From: Amoebidium appalachense | Lineage: Eukaryota; Protista; Ichthyosporea | DNA: 64,000 bases | Assembly (NCBI GenBank): GCA_963693365.1 | Contig: CAVNZM010000001.1 | Coordinates: 6,712,907-6,776,906, forward strand | Reading direction: 5' to 3' | In this document: positions 1 to 14,136 of the stretch, in pieces | How the letters are laid out: every line of letters begins with the position of its first letter | How positions within the stretch are numbered: position 1 is the stretch's first letter | Position numbers and translations under genes: made by a program | Notes under the pieces: generated by a model | What the model saw: only the letters and a program-made list of their open reading frames with translations | Told to the model about the DNA's origin: nothing | The model's database searches: none

Positions 1-147
1 GGCTTGTATGTTTGTGTTTGGTGTGCGCGTGTCGGTGCATCCACAGGAGTGTTTGGTTGATTGTTCAGGTGTTAGCAAATATGCAACTTCAGTAAGCATG
101 TATCGGCAATTGTTGAATGCAGCCGGGAACTTTTTTTTTTTTTTTTT

Positions 148-202
<55 letters not shown>

Positions 203-400
203 AGAAGACAAAAAAGAGAGACAGAGATACACAATCCATCTCATAGACCGATCACAGGTACAAAAGCCTCTTATCATTGAGCATGAATTAAAGCCAAAAC
301 CTAGATGGGTATGAATTTAAATTAATTAGGGCTCAGCCTAAATGGGCATGCATTTTGAACTAAACTTTAATGTCCATAAAAAACAAGAATTAACACTCAC

Positions 401-1008
401 CACCTCAACGTCAGGATAGAGCTTCAGCACAAATGCCTGTATGAGCTCTGCCGTGCCCTGAGTCGAGTTGTCGTATGTGCCGTGGGCTGGGTTGCGTGAG
501 TTGCCTTCTCCACTGAGTAGATACAGCACCTGTTTTTCAACCGGGGGGAGAGGGGGAGGGGAGGGAGGAAGGGGGGGTGGGGTGGGGTGGGGGGGTTAAA
601 TTGTGTTGCAGTTTATGCGTTAACGCCAGACAACACAATACAAAATTATGTAAAAACACACACACATAGAATATGCATCATAAGAAGGGCCCCGCCGGAG
701 GAAGAAGATTAGAACGAGGAGGAAGGGGATGGGGTGGGGTGGGTGGGTGGGTGGGTGGGTGGGGGGGGGGGGGGGGGGGGGGGGGGGGTAGGGAAATCAT
801 CTGCAGTACCCCAGTTTCGGCCTGTTGATTTAACAGACGAAACCCAACTCAGATACTACTCATCTCGAGATTGGATGGGTCAACCGTCAAAGAGGAGAGT
901 GGGGGAAGGGGAGGAGGGGTGATGGTGGTGGTGGTGGGTGGGTGGGTTGGGGACGGCGGTGGGGAAGGGGGGGGGGGGGGGGTATGGTGTTTGTGTCAGT
1001 GAGTCGGT

Positions 1009-1039
<31 letters not shown>

Positions 1040-1462
1040 GGGGGGGGGGGGGGGGGGGTCTAGGCTTCAGCACTAGGCAATCAACATAAGAATTGCACAT
1101 CAGTGGGTGTGTCTGTGTTTATGTGGAGTCTGTGTGTCTCTGTGCAGCGGAGAGGAGTGTGCTTGTGGTGGTGTGTGGTGTGAGTGTGTGTGTGTGTGGG
1201 GGGGGGGTGGGGGGGGGGGGGGAGGGGGAGGGGGGTTGTTTGTGTGTGTTTGTGTGCGTGTGTGGGTGATGGGTGAATGAGTGTGCATGTGAGCCATATC
1301 CCTTGGCCTCGTTTCTTGCCATGTGTGATGCGTTGGATGTTTCTGTGTCGTGGTGGTGGTGGTGGTCGTGGTGGTGGTGGAGGTGTTACAATATTGGTGG
1401 TACATGACACTTTAAGTGCGAGTGTGAGATTGACCCACACACAGGAATCCGTGTCGGGGTGT

Positions 1463-1517
<55 letters not shown>

Positions 1518-1530
1518 CAGCACACACAAA

Positions 1531-1570
<40 letters not shown>

Positions 1571-1606
1571 TCCCCCCCACAAACACACACAAAGAGAGAG
1601 AGAGAA

Positions 1607-1653
<47 letters not shown>

Positions 1654-2141
1654 GGGGGGGAGGGGGGGGGGAGGGGGGGGGGAAGGGGGGGAGAAGGGAG
1701 GAGGGAGAGAGAGGGAAGGGGGATGCTGCACCTTCTTTGCACCGTGTGAGCGCCTGAGCCAGTGTGGCAGCAGCACGGCCATCATGGGAAAGTACACACA
1801 CTTCAGCTGAACCCTGATTGGATACTTATCAGACGCAGCTTCATCTAGCATCACCCATCCAGTAGAAAACTCTAATTAAAATATAAAATGCATATAAGTC
1901 GATTTTTATATTGGGCCTGAGCCCAAAAACGTGAACGGAGGACCCTAGTAGTGATGTAGTGAGTATGATCTGATGGGTTATGTGGCAGTGTTCTGTACTA
2001 TCTTCTGGCAGTAAGAGGGAGTGCAAGAGATTCAAAACAGAAGGCTGCGTGCTCTTTGAGGTCAACCACTCACCTGCTCCCTCCCACACCACGCCTGACA
2101 TTGTGCAGACTTGAGCACATCATGTCCCCTTCTCACCACCG

Positions 2142-2183
<42 letters not shown>

Positions 2184-2516
2184 TTTTCCCCCAGACCGAG
2201 CAGAGCACACAAACAGATGCACTAAAGCACAGACAGATCTATACACACATTGAGCATTAGCACACACATGTCTACGGCCCTTCCCCCTCCCCGCCCTCCC
2301 CCCCCCCCCCCCCCCCCCCCACCCACACACCCACACCCACCCACATACCCACATACACCCATACACTCACGCACACCCACACCCACACACACACACCTAC
2401 ACACACCCACACCCACACTCACATCCACCCACCCATCCATCCATCCACACACACCCAGACCCTCACCCACACACTCATCTCCCCACACCCACACACACCC
2501 ACACACACACACCCAT

Positions 2517-2584
<68 letters not shown>

Positions 2585-2692
2585 ACACCCACACCCACAC
2601 TCACCTCCCCCCCCCCCCCCCCAAAAAAAAAAAAAAAAAAAAAAAACACCCACCCAATCACCCACCCAACCCCACACTCATCCTCCCCCCCC

Positions 2693-2730
<38 letters not shown>

Positions 2731-3560
2731 ACTCCCCCTCCCCCCCCACCCACCCACCCACCCACACCCCACCCACACACCTTGGGTCCTGGTCCAGCAC
2801 CCTCTTGTTCACTGACGGTCTCAAATGATAGTCTGCCCAGCGTTGCCCCTCAACAGGGTGATCACCCATGCTAAACCCAATAGGCACCTGCACAAAAAAA
2901 AAAAAAAGAAGAAGGATTGAGAACACCTTCCCTTCCGCACACGCCTGTGTCCGGAGAGGGAGAGCAAAGAGGGGTTGAGGGGAGAGGGGGGGGGAGGGGG
3001 GGAGGAAGAGAGGTAAAGGTGTGTGGGGGGGGAAGGGGAGGGAGAAGGGGGGGGGGGGGGGGGGGAGAAAGAACCTGAGCTGTGCCTTTAGTGGTGGCCA
3101 TGCTGTGGTACACAACCTCAACAGGCTCGTTGGCTTCAGTCAGCACCTGCATCTGCTTGAGTAGCATCTCACTGCGTGGGGAGAGAAAGAAGGTAGTGTA
3201 AGTGTGTTGCATATGAAAATTATGGTTTGTCTCTGTTCTTTTTTTCTTCTTCTTTTTTTCTTTCCGTCCCAGCCCCCTCCCCCCACCTCCCCCCCCCCCC
3301 CCCCCCCCCCCCCCCACCGCCTCCGCCGCCTGCCCTCCTACCTTTTTTGCCCCCGTATTCACTTTGTTTTTTTTATCTCATTCGCTCCTTTTCTTGCTTT
3401 TCATTTGTTTCTTTTCCTTTAGTGCTTTTCTTTTCCTTTCTTTATCCTGTTTTTTCCTTTTTTCCCCTTTCTTTTATTTTTCTTCTTTTCTTTCTTTCTT
3501 CCTTTTTCTTTTTTCCACGTTTTGCTTTTTATGGGGGAAGGAGGAGGAGAGGGGGAGGGG

Positions 3561-3592
<32 letters not shown>

Positions 3593-4480
3593 GGGGGGGG
3601 GGGAGCGGGTAGGCTTTGCTGCAAGCATTAGAGTGTATGGGTTTGGCCAGAAGGTTAAACGGGAAGTACTTCTTAGTGGAGCAGCTTATGGGGGATGTGT
3701 GTTTCTTGACTTAACCAAGATGAATAATGCAAACGGTTTTGTGTGAGCTTTGGAGGTGGGTGGGTGGGTAGGTGTGTGTGGTGGTGGTGATGATGGGAGG
3801 AGAGGGGGGAGGGGGGGAGGGGGGGGGGGGGGGGGGGGCTGAGCACCGCACGAGCTCTTGGTGCACAATAACGTACCCACACCTAACACGTTTTTATTGT
3901 GTGTACAAACGACGTTTGGATGCGGTGTGTGTTGACCTAAGCCTGTGCGACCCCATTGTCTCTCTATCCACCCCCCCACCCCCCTCCGTGTGGGTTTCTG
4001 CACCAAAAATGTAGTACTTTTGCGTGGATCTTTGTTGGAAACCAGGGGCCATAACTAGAGATTAATTGATTTGGTGTTGGGGGGGTGGGTGGGGGGGGGG
4101 GAGGGGGGGGGGGGGGGGGGGGGGGAGGCAGGTTAGTGAGTGAGTGAGCAATTCCGGGGGAAGGGGGGAGGGAAGGAGGGAGGATAAAGCATTGAACTGC
4201 AGGAGGATGGGCAGAGAGAGATCTAGCTGGGAAGGGAGGCAGAAACTGAGCGGGTGTGGGGGAGTCCATGGTCTTGCCTGCAGGGCTGAAAGCGTGCGTA
4301 TTGAGGGCGCGCTATTAGAGCTCGTTCCGCACCAGGGGGAGGTTTCTCGTTTGAATTTGCTTGCCATTCTCTCTCGGTGCATTGTAGAGACACAAGAAGG
4401 TCGGAGTGGGATACATTGTGAACGAGAATGCGTAGTTTTTGCCTCGTAGAGGGAGGGGATCCGTTTGGTGCTTGGAACAT
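401..4480 (-). CDS. Uncharacterised protein, 5' five coding exons (gene continues off the left edge)
   Basis: Exons 4480-4278, 3171-3075, 2887-2781, 1813-1732 and 529-401 join in frame (phases 2,0,2,0): MFQAPNGSPPSTRQKLRILVHNVSHSDLLV...IARPQYARFQPCSEMLLKQ...VPIGFSMGDHPVEGQRWADYHL...RVQLKCVYFPMMAVLLPHWL...KVLYLLSGEGNSRNPAHGTYDNSTQGTAELIQAFVLKLYPDVEV. All acceptors are AG; donors are GT except the first, which requires GC (AG|GCAAGA). Confidence 0.75.
791..890 (-). repeat. Diverged fragment of the ~450-bp structured intronic repeat family
   Basis: Reverse complement reads gacggttgacccatcc...gtatctgagttgggtttcg...ggccgaaactggggtactgcagatga, matching the copy at about 20780-20880. Confidence 0.75.
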
Positions 4481-6249
4481 CGTGGGTTAAGTTTAGAGTA
4501 AAGTTACGTTAAGCTATACGTGTAGCTGATGTGTGTGTTGATAGCTTTCGCAACTTACTTCTTATGCGACCCTAATCATCCTGTTTTTTTTTTTCTTTTC
4601 TAGAGCTTGTTTTCGGAATTTCGTAGGACCTACAACCTTAGGTGCTACGTGGCTCTACACTTGGTGTCTAACACAAGCTGTCGTGAGCTACTTCTAGGGT
4701 TAAAAAGATTTTCAAACACTAGAGATTTGAAGTGGGAATGTGTAAAAAAAACTCAGTTGAGCTCAGTTTGGGTCGCTTGCAAACTCTTCTATCCGTAGTA
4801 TGGACGTAGCTGCAGAGCTCTGACGACACTTCAACATGCACAGCCACAAGTTTCAAGTTTTGGAACAACGAAACACCTTCCAATAATTGTTCCGTAACAG
4901 CAATCTATTGGCTACAAACTAGCCAAATAAAGCTATTTTGCTTTTGGCGCGAAGCTTTCGATGCAGGTTCAGCGGGCCGTGATTTTAGCCTCATCGGAAA
5001 GTGTCTCAGTACTAGGAACGTCAAATACCTCACATTCCGCCGTTTAGTTTCAGCTTAGAGGAGGTGCAATCGCAGTTGGTTACAGGGGTTTACACACTAT
5101 TTATTGCCGTGGACCCTGTCTGGGCCTCTGGGGCCCAGCCTCACTCGACAACCTACTGCGTTTTCCAGCGCAGCCAATCAAATGCAGCTGGTGGCACATG
5201 TGTCAGGCTGTCAGGGAGGTCAGGGCCGTGCACATGTACATGCTAAGCAACATCTAGCGTAGTCGTAGCATACGTACGACCGGTCGGACAACCCTAATAC
5301 ATACTATGGATAAGCAGAGGCTAGCATTGGTAGCTCCGAAAGAAAGTTAAGAAACCGTATCACAATATCATACGTATACTGTGCAGCATTAATAAGGTGA
5401 TCTATCTATAATAGTCATTTTAAAACGAATATATTGAGGAAGGGAGGCGGCAAAGAGAATAAAACCGCCCATAACCTCCGGTTCTATTACGTTAGCTAAC
5501 AATTGATAGAATTGCATCCGCGAGCACGGCCATCTAGAGATTCTATGTAGATGACCGTGATCCGCGAGTAAACCGCCCCCCACACACATTACACATACGA
5601 GCAGGAGACACCAGATTCAGAAACCGATTACACGACCAAGACATGATCATCTTTGCGTTTTTACGCCTATACCACATCACGAATAAACGAATCTTGGTTA
5701 CAGCGTAGCGATTGGCTCAATCGTTAGCTTTTCGACCAATCACGGATGCGAGTTGATCGATTTCGTTTTTTTGTTTGTAGGAGGCCTTGTTCGGAACTCG
5801 CCCGGCTTTTTGGCCCCGGCTTTTTTTTCTGTGCCCGGGCCCGTTTTTCACTGCCGGGCTGTGCCTATGTATACTGCTGTGCCTGCTTGCTTGCTGGCCG
5901 GTACAGCACATAAGCTGCCGCATGCAGTACAGTGCAACCTGGCCAGCGCCTCACACGCGCACTGCGGCCTTCTCTGCGGCCTCGGGGTAGGGGGATGCGC
6001 CGATGAGAAAGTCTCAGTTTTGTGCGATTACCGTGCATGGGCACAACCATATCCACTCACTCACATGGAAAGATTGCGTATGATCTTAAAGCACGTCCTT
6101 CTTGGACTTGAAATTGTGGGGGGAAGATGGGGGAGCGTGGGGGGGAGAGAGAAACATAAAATACCGGAGTCCCTTTTAAATTTGGTGTGACCCCAGGGCG
6201 GGGGGGGGGGGGGGGGGGGGGGGAGGGGGGGGGGTGTGTGTGTGTATGT

Positions 6250-6284
<35 letters not shown>

Positions 6285-6315
6285 GACCAAGCATAGACTG
6301 GGTCGAGCCCCGGTT

Positions 6316-6346
<31 letters not shown>

Positions 6347-6915
6347 CCCCAAGCCTTTAGCCGGCGCGGCAGGGGGTGGGTGGGTTCTAGTATCCCCACC
6401 TTGCCCCCCCTCTCCCCTTCCCCTCGATCCCCCTAGGCCTCCCTCCCCTCCTTTTCAGGGGGGATCGGAGGCGAATCCATATATAGCCACCTGGGTTAGT
6501 AGGGTGGTGGGCCCACCCCCCCCACCCCCCCACCACCACCACCCTGAACACCCACACGCACACTCTAATATCTGCGTGGGTGTGCATGCGCACGTGATTG
6601 CTTAACTGTAAACATCTTTTTTCTACCCACGTCATAGGCTGTCAGAATGGCGGGGTAGGACAGGGCCGGGGCAGCACGCTGTGATCGATCAGCCGCCTCT
6701 AATCATAATCATTGCAAAGTGGCTATCGGCTAGGTTCCTCATGATCTTTGGAGAAAATTTAAGTGCTACCCCCTCCTCCTCCCCCCTCCCCCCCCCCCTT
6801 CCCCCCCCTCCCCCCCCAGAGGTTTGGGCCCTACCCTTCTCAACCCTCCCCCCCCTCCCCCCCCCCCCCCCCCCCCCCCCGGCCCCTTCAGGCCCTCGGT
6901 ACCGGTCCCCCGGCC

Positions 6916-6954
<39 letters not shown>

Positions 6955-9729
6955 ACAACACCCGGGAGATCCCCCGGTCTCGCCCCGCCTTACCCGCACC
7001 TCCGACCATTACAACTCCTCTATTAAGTGTTCACATTTCTATCATGAAAAGCGGTAGGGATATCATGTTCAACACATGCACACCCACTTGCACGCACACG
7101 CAATACCCACACACGCGTACGGGGAACTCGGGAGGGACACGTGCACGGGCAGCACCGTACGGCAGAACGGCATGGCCTCAGGCTGCGTATGCAAATGTAG
7201 AAAAGACTGAAAGAGTAGGAATAAAAAAAAGTTTTTATATAACGATAGAAAAAGTGGGATATCGCAACCTCAAAAAATGCATTAAGGTGTAACCAATACC
7301 TTAGTACGCGTACGAAATCGCGCACGATCCGACTGCCAGCCATATATAAAATTTTGTGCGGGAAAGTTAGGCACGCGGAGAAAAAACTTTTATAGAAACG
7401 ACCAAAAAAGTTGGTATATCCACAAATGTTTCATCGCCGATGAGCTTGAGGGCCCCAGTCCGATTTAGTGTTTGGCCTTCACGAAACACACACTTTTCAA
7501 GTTTTTATCTCCATGCTGGCCAGCAACATGTCATATTTTCCACTTGATGCAACAAGCACCCATTTCCAGGCCCCTGCTCGCCACTTTCGCACACACGCAT
7601 AGTACACTAGTAGTACACTTTCAATTAGGTAGAACCAATCATGAATCTGCTTTAGTAAACGCAACAAACCACATGGATTTTTACCTTTTCCCTCCTTGAG
7701 ACTCGGTCAATGCCACGTACATAGCTGCCTGCATACATACCGTCGAACACAATTCCCACGCAGAAACAATAAGCTTCCCCCCCCCCCCCCCCCCCCCTCC
7801 CCAAAGGGTTATCGTAAAGGGTTTAACTTGCACCCATCAATTACTCTCAAATGCTTTAAAACTTTAAACTATCTGCCGGTTTAATCCACCATCGTTTTAA
7901 CAGGTGTGGGCTAAAGGTCGTTCTAATTTTCGTTCTGCAGTTTGTCCAACAGTGCTTATTTCCATCCTATGCCATGATAAAAAACATATCGTGATTAGGC
8001 TTGCTCACTGACGTTAGTCGCGATTAGATTAGACATAAATATATTTGAGCTTTAACAAAACTCAGCTGCAAAGTTCACTTGGACTTGGAGAGTAGAGACG
8101 GCTGATCACATTAGTTGGAAGGTTTGCATCTCTTTCTGGAACACAAAAGAAGCCCACTGGCGCAGCGACACGTGTTGCACTGTGTGTGTGTGTGTGTGTG
8201 GTGTGTGTGAGGAGGAAGAAATGTTCTTATTAGCAACGGAATATCTCTAAACCACAAAGCTGCCCCTGCACTGTCTCACAGACGTGTAAAAAGAAGAGGC
8301 TATCGAAGCGTTGTTGTCGAGTTTGTGAGTGTGGATGTTGTGAAACTGTCACATAGCTCATGCACAAATACAGAGCCCTTTGCCTAATCAATAAGGACGC
8401 AGGAAGAACAGAGCAGAAAGAAAACAGGGAATAAAAAAAAAATAATAATAAAAAATTGCTATACAGGGAATGCAAATGCCTTTAAAATCTTTTATGTTGC
8501 CGACTAGGCCCCAGAGCCATTAGAGAATCCCAAACATCGCAGGTGCCCAAAGAAGAGATGTCAACACATGGGATCGAACCCCAAACGAGCGCGACAGAGT
8601 ATAATCAGCCTCTCATGAAGGAGCACATACCTTATTGCTCTCTCTGCCGAGACCACCCCATCCATCGGGGACCTCTTCGCCATCCTCCAATTTGCAAGGC
8701 CTCCCGTCGTCTCGGTCGGACTTGCGGGAAGTGGGCATGGGTTGTGGCTTGGACGCACATGATTGGTTCGTGCAGAGAAGGACTCCGCTCTTGCACGTGC
8801 AGGCGTTGCACTTTATGTGTTTGTGTGTGTATGGGTGTGTGTGTGTGAGGGCATGTGGGTGGAGAGGGGGGGGGGGGGGGGGGGTAGCGTACGTACAAAG
8901 TTGTGCGGGCAAGCACGTGTCAACCATATACCCAAATGTACAGTTAGAATCAAGAGTAGATCATATCTTCTGCACGCAACGGAACCCTTCATCATCCTGC
9001 TCACTTAGTTCTGTGCCCCCTCCCCCCCCCCCTCTCCCCCCCCCCCCCCAAAATAAAAAACACCTGTACGGAACAGACACACAAACATACACACACACAG
9101 CCCCCTCCCCCTCCCCATCCCCCCCCCCCCCCCCAATAAAAAAGACTCACCCACACCAACGACGAACGAATAAAACTGAACAAGGCCATAGGCGCACTGT
9201 GAAAAGAGAAAAGTCCCACAGAGCAAAAGTTTGGGGCACTCACATGCTGATCCCCTGGGCCTGGCCCGATGTGGCCGTCGGCCACCCTCCCCTCCCCAAA
9301 CTGACAGCTGGTGGTTGGGTGGGTGGACAGGTGCGTGCAGTTTCTTTGGCTGCAGATCAGCTTGCCGGATTTGCACACACACTCATTGCACTGATGTAAG
9401 GTAAATGGATGAAGATCACTGGTCAGTCAAATTTATAAGACTGAAGGAGAAGTATAAAACTTTTTTGGTTTGGATTGCGCTCACCATCTATGTTCATCGA
9501 TGCAACACCCCTATGGCAATAAGAGGGACTCTTCATATGCACCCACGTGCCACACCCCGACACAGAATACATCAGCGTTTAAGTGATGAGTGTGTATGCG
9601 TGTATGGATATTACGTGATAACAAGAACGAACAAACAGTATCAAAGATTCCAGCCCACAAAACCGACAGCAACTTCAGTGAAGACTACGGAATGCTACAA
9701 TGCCAAGCGGAAGAACGATGGAATGAGAA

Positions 9730-9779
<50 letters not shown>

Positions 9780-11699
9780 AGGGGGGATCCAAGCACTTAC
9801 AAAATTCGTGCCCCAGTTCTTTCCCCTCCAACCATCCGGTACGGTGTCAGATTGGGTATATCGGCACGGTATCCTCGTTAGTTGCACTTCCCTCCTTCTT
9901 AGCTCCCTCTCTAATCTCTTCACCTCGTCGCATTTAAGAGTCTGTTTTTGTGCGAGGGATTCCCTAATCGGATCTGAAACATCCCTCCATGGAAGGTTAA
10001 AACCGCATGAATCGATGTGATAATGTCCGGACTTCCCCATTAGGCTAAGCAGAACCGTTTGTGATTGGCTAAATGGTGGGACGGTGTAGCCGCACATTTG
10101 CTCACTCTCTGATATGTGCACTTCCGTTCGTTGGCCCTGTTTGGGGAAGAGATGAAGAGTGTAAGCTTATCAAGCTGTTTCGAGCCGTTGTAATCCTGTG
10201 TACGACAAAATCCGCACGTGTGTACGTGTATCTGTCCGTGTGCATGTCTATGCTACAGCACCTACGAGGGGTGTGTGGGGTGTGTGGGCACCATCAAAAG
10301 ATTAATAAAGGCTGAATGGAGGGAAAGAGGCCTCTTCTCTTAACAAAGAATTTAGGTAACTACACAGCGCACACAGGGGCGTCCAACAAGCACACCATAA
10401 GTGCACTGCAAATAGGTGTGCAGGCGCAATTGTGTGCGAGCACACATGCACACGCGCACACACACTCTCTTGCATGCACATTCTCGCTACACACAACACA
10501 CACACATACACCAAACACACACACGCGCGCACACACGCACACACACACACACACGCACCTGTTGGAGCTCGCTTAAGCTGCTAAATACTTCGTGTATGTC
10601 CACCTCAAAAACGTGCTCATCACTGTGCACACAGTGAGTTAGTGGGCCGCTGTTGGTATGTTGGTATGTGTGAGCAGTGAACCGCCAGTGGTGGTTGCCT
10701 GTCGCTGATTAGATCAAATCCAAAGTGGATCTCTTTAACGGCAACTTTATAGTTAGCTTCCTGTTCTAAACTGTGTTCGTGTTCGGGACCAGGACATGAG
10801 AAAAAGAGAAAAAAGTAATGACATATGGTGTAATGCCACCAACCGCTATCCGTCATGGGTATCCATATATGTGTGCATGTACGACAGCTTTGCGGCAAAT
10901 ATCCTGCGTGTGCTGTGGCACTGCAAGTCTCACACAGACCAAACTGATGCGGGTGTCTAGATACATCTTTCAAACCCCCTTCTTTGAAAACATGTAAACG
11001 TTCCGTAAACAACCGGTGTTTTGCGTATGTGTGTGTGTACCTGGACGAGCTTCCACAAAAGTATAGGTAGCAGCCTGCACCACAAACTATGCCACCTGTA
11101 AGACCGCAAACTCACTTTCTCAAAGTGCCGTTAGTTGCGTGCACCCCAACGTATGCGCTCTCTAAGGCGGCCGTACCTGTATAGTAATAACTACAACTAA
11201 TTTATAAATAAGGGTGACGCAATAACATGTCTGCATGCACATACAGGTGCATTTATATCAAAAGTAACTGAATGTGAGCACGCTGCAAGATCAAGAGTGG
11301 AAGGATGCTCCTGTGCATATTAGAGTAAAAACGTAACTGTGCCAGCAAGGGTGTTTGCCACGTGCACCTTACCCTTTTGTCTGCACGGTCCTCACACGAG
11401 CTTTCACCAAATGGTCCGCAGCCCGAAGCTGTTCACACGGGTCTTGTGTGGGGCATATGCATGCAGCACTAAGGCCCAAGTGCATCGCCAAAGTAGCGAC
11501 AAGGACGCTAGCAAAACCCATGTTGTGTGTGTGTGAACATAGCGTCGTGTGTTTTCTTTGCCTGCGTGTGTGTCGCGTAGTTTTATTAAGTGTGACGAGG
11601 AAGTGGTGTGAACACCAGAAGTTGGAACGAATGCAAAAAGGTCCACGACTTGACTGCTAAGCGCTATTTGGCTTATCGATCTTCACCTGTGGTTGTAAG

Positions 11700-12050
11700 C
11701 CCTCTGTTCACCATTTGAAGTCTATAGCGTGTTGAGAAGTGTTCAGGGTTGCAGGTTTCGGAGGTAGATCTGCACGTGGTGACAAAGAGACAAAAGGCCT
11801 TGTGCGCAATTGTAGGCGTTCACAAAGTCAAGAAATAGAATAATATCGCAATGGCAGAGCAAGTACCATTTTTCCCGTCTTAGCAAGGCGTGGTTATGTT
11901 CCGACTCGAAGGCCTTCTCTCGTCGTCGCATGCAGCCGCTGCGTTTGCACAAGGTTCTTCGTAGAGAAAAGGGACTGTGACTATGATGTTGTGAGCATGC
12001 GAGATAGCCACTTATAGCACGAGATTTGTTCTTCAATATATCAAGTGCAA
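11700..12050 (-). pseudogene. Possible degraded non-LTR reverse transcriptase fragment
   Basis: YKWLSRML and IILFLDFVNAYN occur in different minus-strand frames and resemble the YK-x-(S/A)-K/R and LDFxxAF(D/N) motifs of non-LTR RTs. No QG or YADD motif seen. Confidence 0.3.
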
Positions 12051-13522
12051 GCTATATACAAAGGATGTCGAAGGGAGGGTACCTAGTTTGCCCACTGACA
12101 CCAGAAATAAACAGCAAACAAGTAGTAGAGTTACACGTTCCGAGTGACTGAGCGTGAGACTGTCCGAGCGTGAAAGATCAGTCTGTCAGTCGCACAGTGC
12201 ACATCGATATCCCTCAATGATTAATCAGCCAAGCTCGCATCGTATACCGAGTGTTCGAATCTAGAATCTGTAATTTCAATTATTTGAAGGGGATTTTTTT
12301 TTTCTTCAACGCTTTTGGCTGGAGCTGGGTCTGGCCCACTCTGGGGTTGAGCTAGTTGTTAAAATTCAAACTGTCAGAAATATGCTCAAACAGTTTGTTC
12401 AAACCCTGGATATGTTCGAATAACACATGCATACCTCAACTAGTTTAGAGCCAATGAAAAAGCCCTAAAATATCGGGCTCAAATGGAAGCATGTCCAGCC
12501 TACATGCGTGATAACATGCGCTGATTCAACCCGCCCCATCATCCATCAGTAGAAGCCTAAGCTGCGTATCTGATTCACAAATAAAGCTTATGTACGCCAG
12601 TAAAGTAGAAAGTTTTGTCTAGATAAATACGGATTTGATTATCAACTCTGATCTGTATTCCTGGGTTTTGTTTATGTTTCTGAACTCTGCGCGCATTGTG
12701 CACCCCCTTGTAAATTATATTTCTTTAGCGGTTTGTGGCCATTATCCAATCATAGTTCGCTTTACTATCGCTCCTTTCACCAGGCTTTGATAATCCTCAA
12801 AGAGTCAAAGGCCCAGGCTGCCCAGCCTCCCAGGACAGGCCAACTTGTAAACATTTTGCCAATGTGTCGTGCTCGTTTTTTTTTTTTTTTAAGTAGAGCG
12901 TGAGCATAACAGATATTGTTAGGATAATCATCCATGTTTACAATTTGTATAAGGAAGCCACGCTACGTCAACACTGTCATCGATCTTCATGTCATGGCAA
13001 GGCCGCAAGGGGCCCATCTTTGGCCTGGTATTTTGAGTGCATACCGTCGGCATATGCCTGGGAATGGAATCAATGGATGGGCTAATAGGAATCTTACGAT
13101 AGTTATTTTATTTGGTTCAACAATAGATAATACAATACAAGGGTGTACTACTGACTCCTGAGTGGCAGTGCTGGCACCCGCTGGCCCAGCAAAACAATTA
13201 CCTAGCCTTAATGCATCAGATCTGTAGTAAACAACTTTCAAGCCCATGAAATTGTCTCTTCAGACTTCAGGCACCGCCCGAGGCTTATTGTAGATTTTTC
13301 TTTCAGGGTGAGTGTGACACACTTTACTGAGTCACTGACCTTATCCGATTCGCCGCCGACCAGTCGAGATCCACTCACACCCTATCTGTGTTCCTATTGG
13401 TTCATTTTTGCCGCGCGGCGCCCAGGAAACCACAAAATTTTTCAATGCACACCACGTGTGTCACGATTCCCCTTCACACACACACACCCTCTGCCGCCGG
13501 AGCTTCCCCTTGTAGCAACAAG

Positions 13523-13554
13523 ATGCCGTAAGTTTTTCGCCTACGTTTGGGAGG

Positions 13555-13588
<34 letters not shown>

Positions 13589-13720
13589 TGCGCCGCCATA
13601 TACGCATCCTCTCTTACTATTCACGCATGTTTGCTTCTCTGGACACTTTGCCTATCGGTTGGTGCTGTGCACCGTGTTTGCTCTTCACATATCCACTCTT
13701 CCCCTGCGGTCTGCCTCATT

Positions 13721-13769
<49 letters not shown>

Positions 13770-14090
13770 CCCCCTCCCCCCTCTATCTCTTCCCCCCCCC
13801 CCCCCTCCCCTTTCTTCAATCCCAAGTTTGGGCTGCTTGTCTCTTATATAAACATGGTCATTCTGTTCGTAGTCACGCAAACTCCACTTTATTCCTGACT
13901 GCCGGGGGGCATCTTCCTGTGCCCTCGCTGTTCCTGCTTATGGCAGGATTCATCCCTTTGGCCCAAGAAGTTGCTTGCTTTCTCAACATACTGCACACAT
14001 CCTTTCGCAATTTCCTTTCATAAGTATGAAACACCTTCTTGCCTGCGTTGTTGATCTCACCTACTTACCCAAACCCCTCCGCTCTTCCCC

Positions 14091-14136
<46 letters not shown>

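Noticed and set aside
1081-2828. Poly-Pro/Gly, HT- and CV-repeat ORFs here and throughout the ORF track
   Set aside because: Translations of poly-C/G and (CA)n/(GT)n tracts in introns and intergenic DNA.
8555-8600. tRNA or tRNA-derived SINE (minus-strand GGTTCGATCCC B-box)
   Set aside because: No A-box or cloverleaf found.
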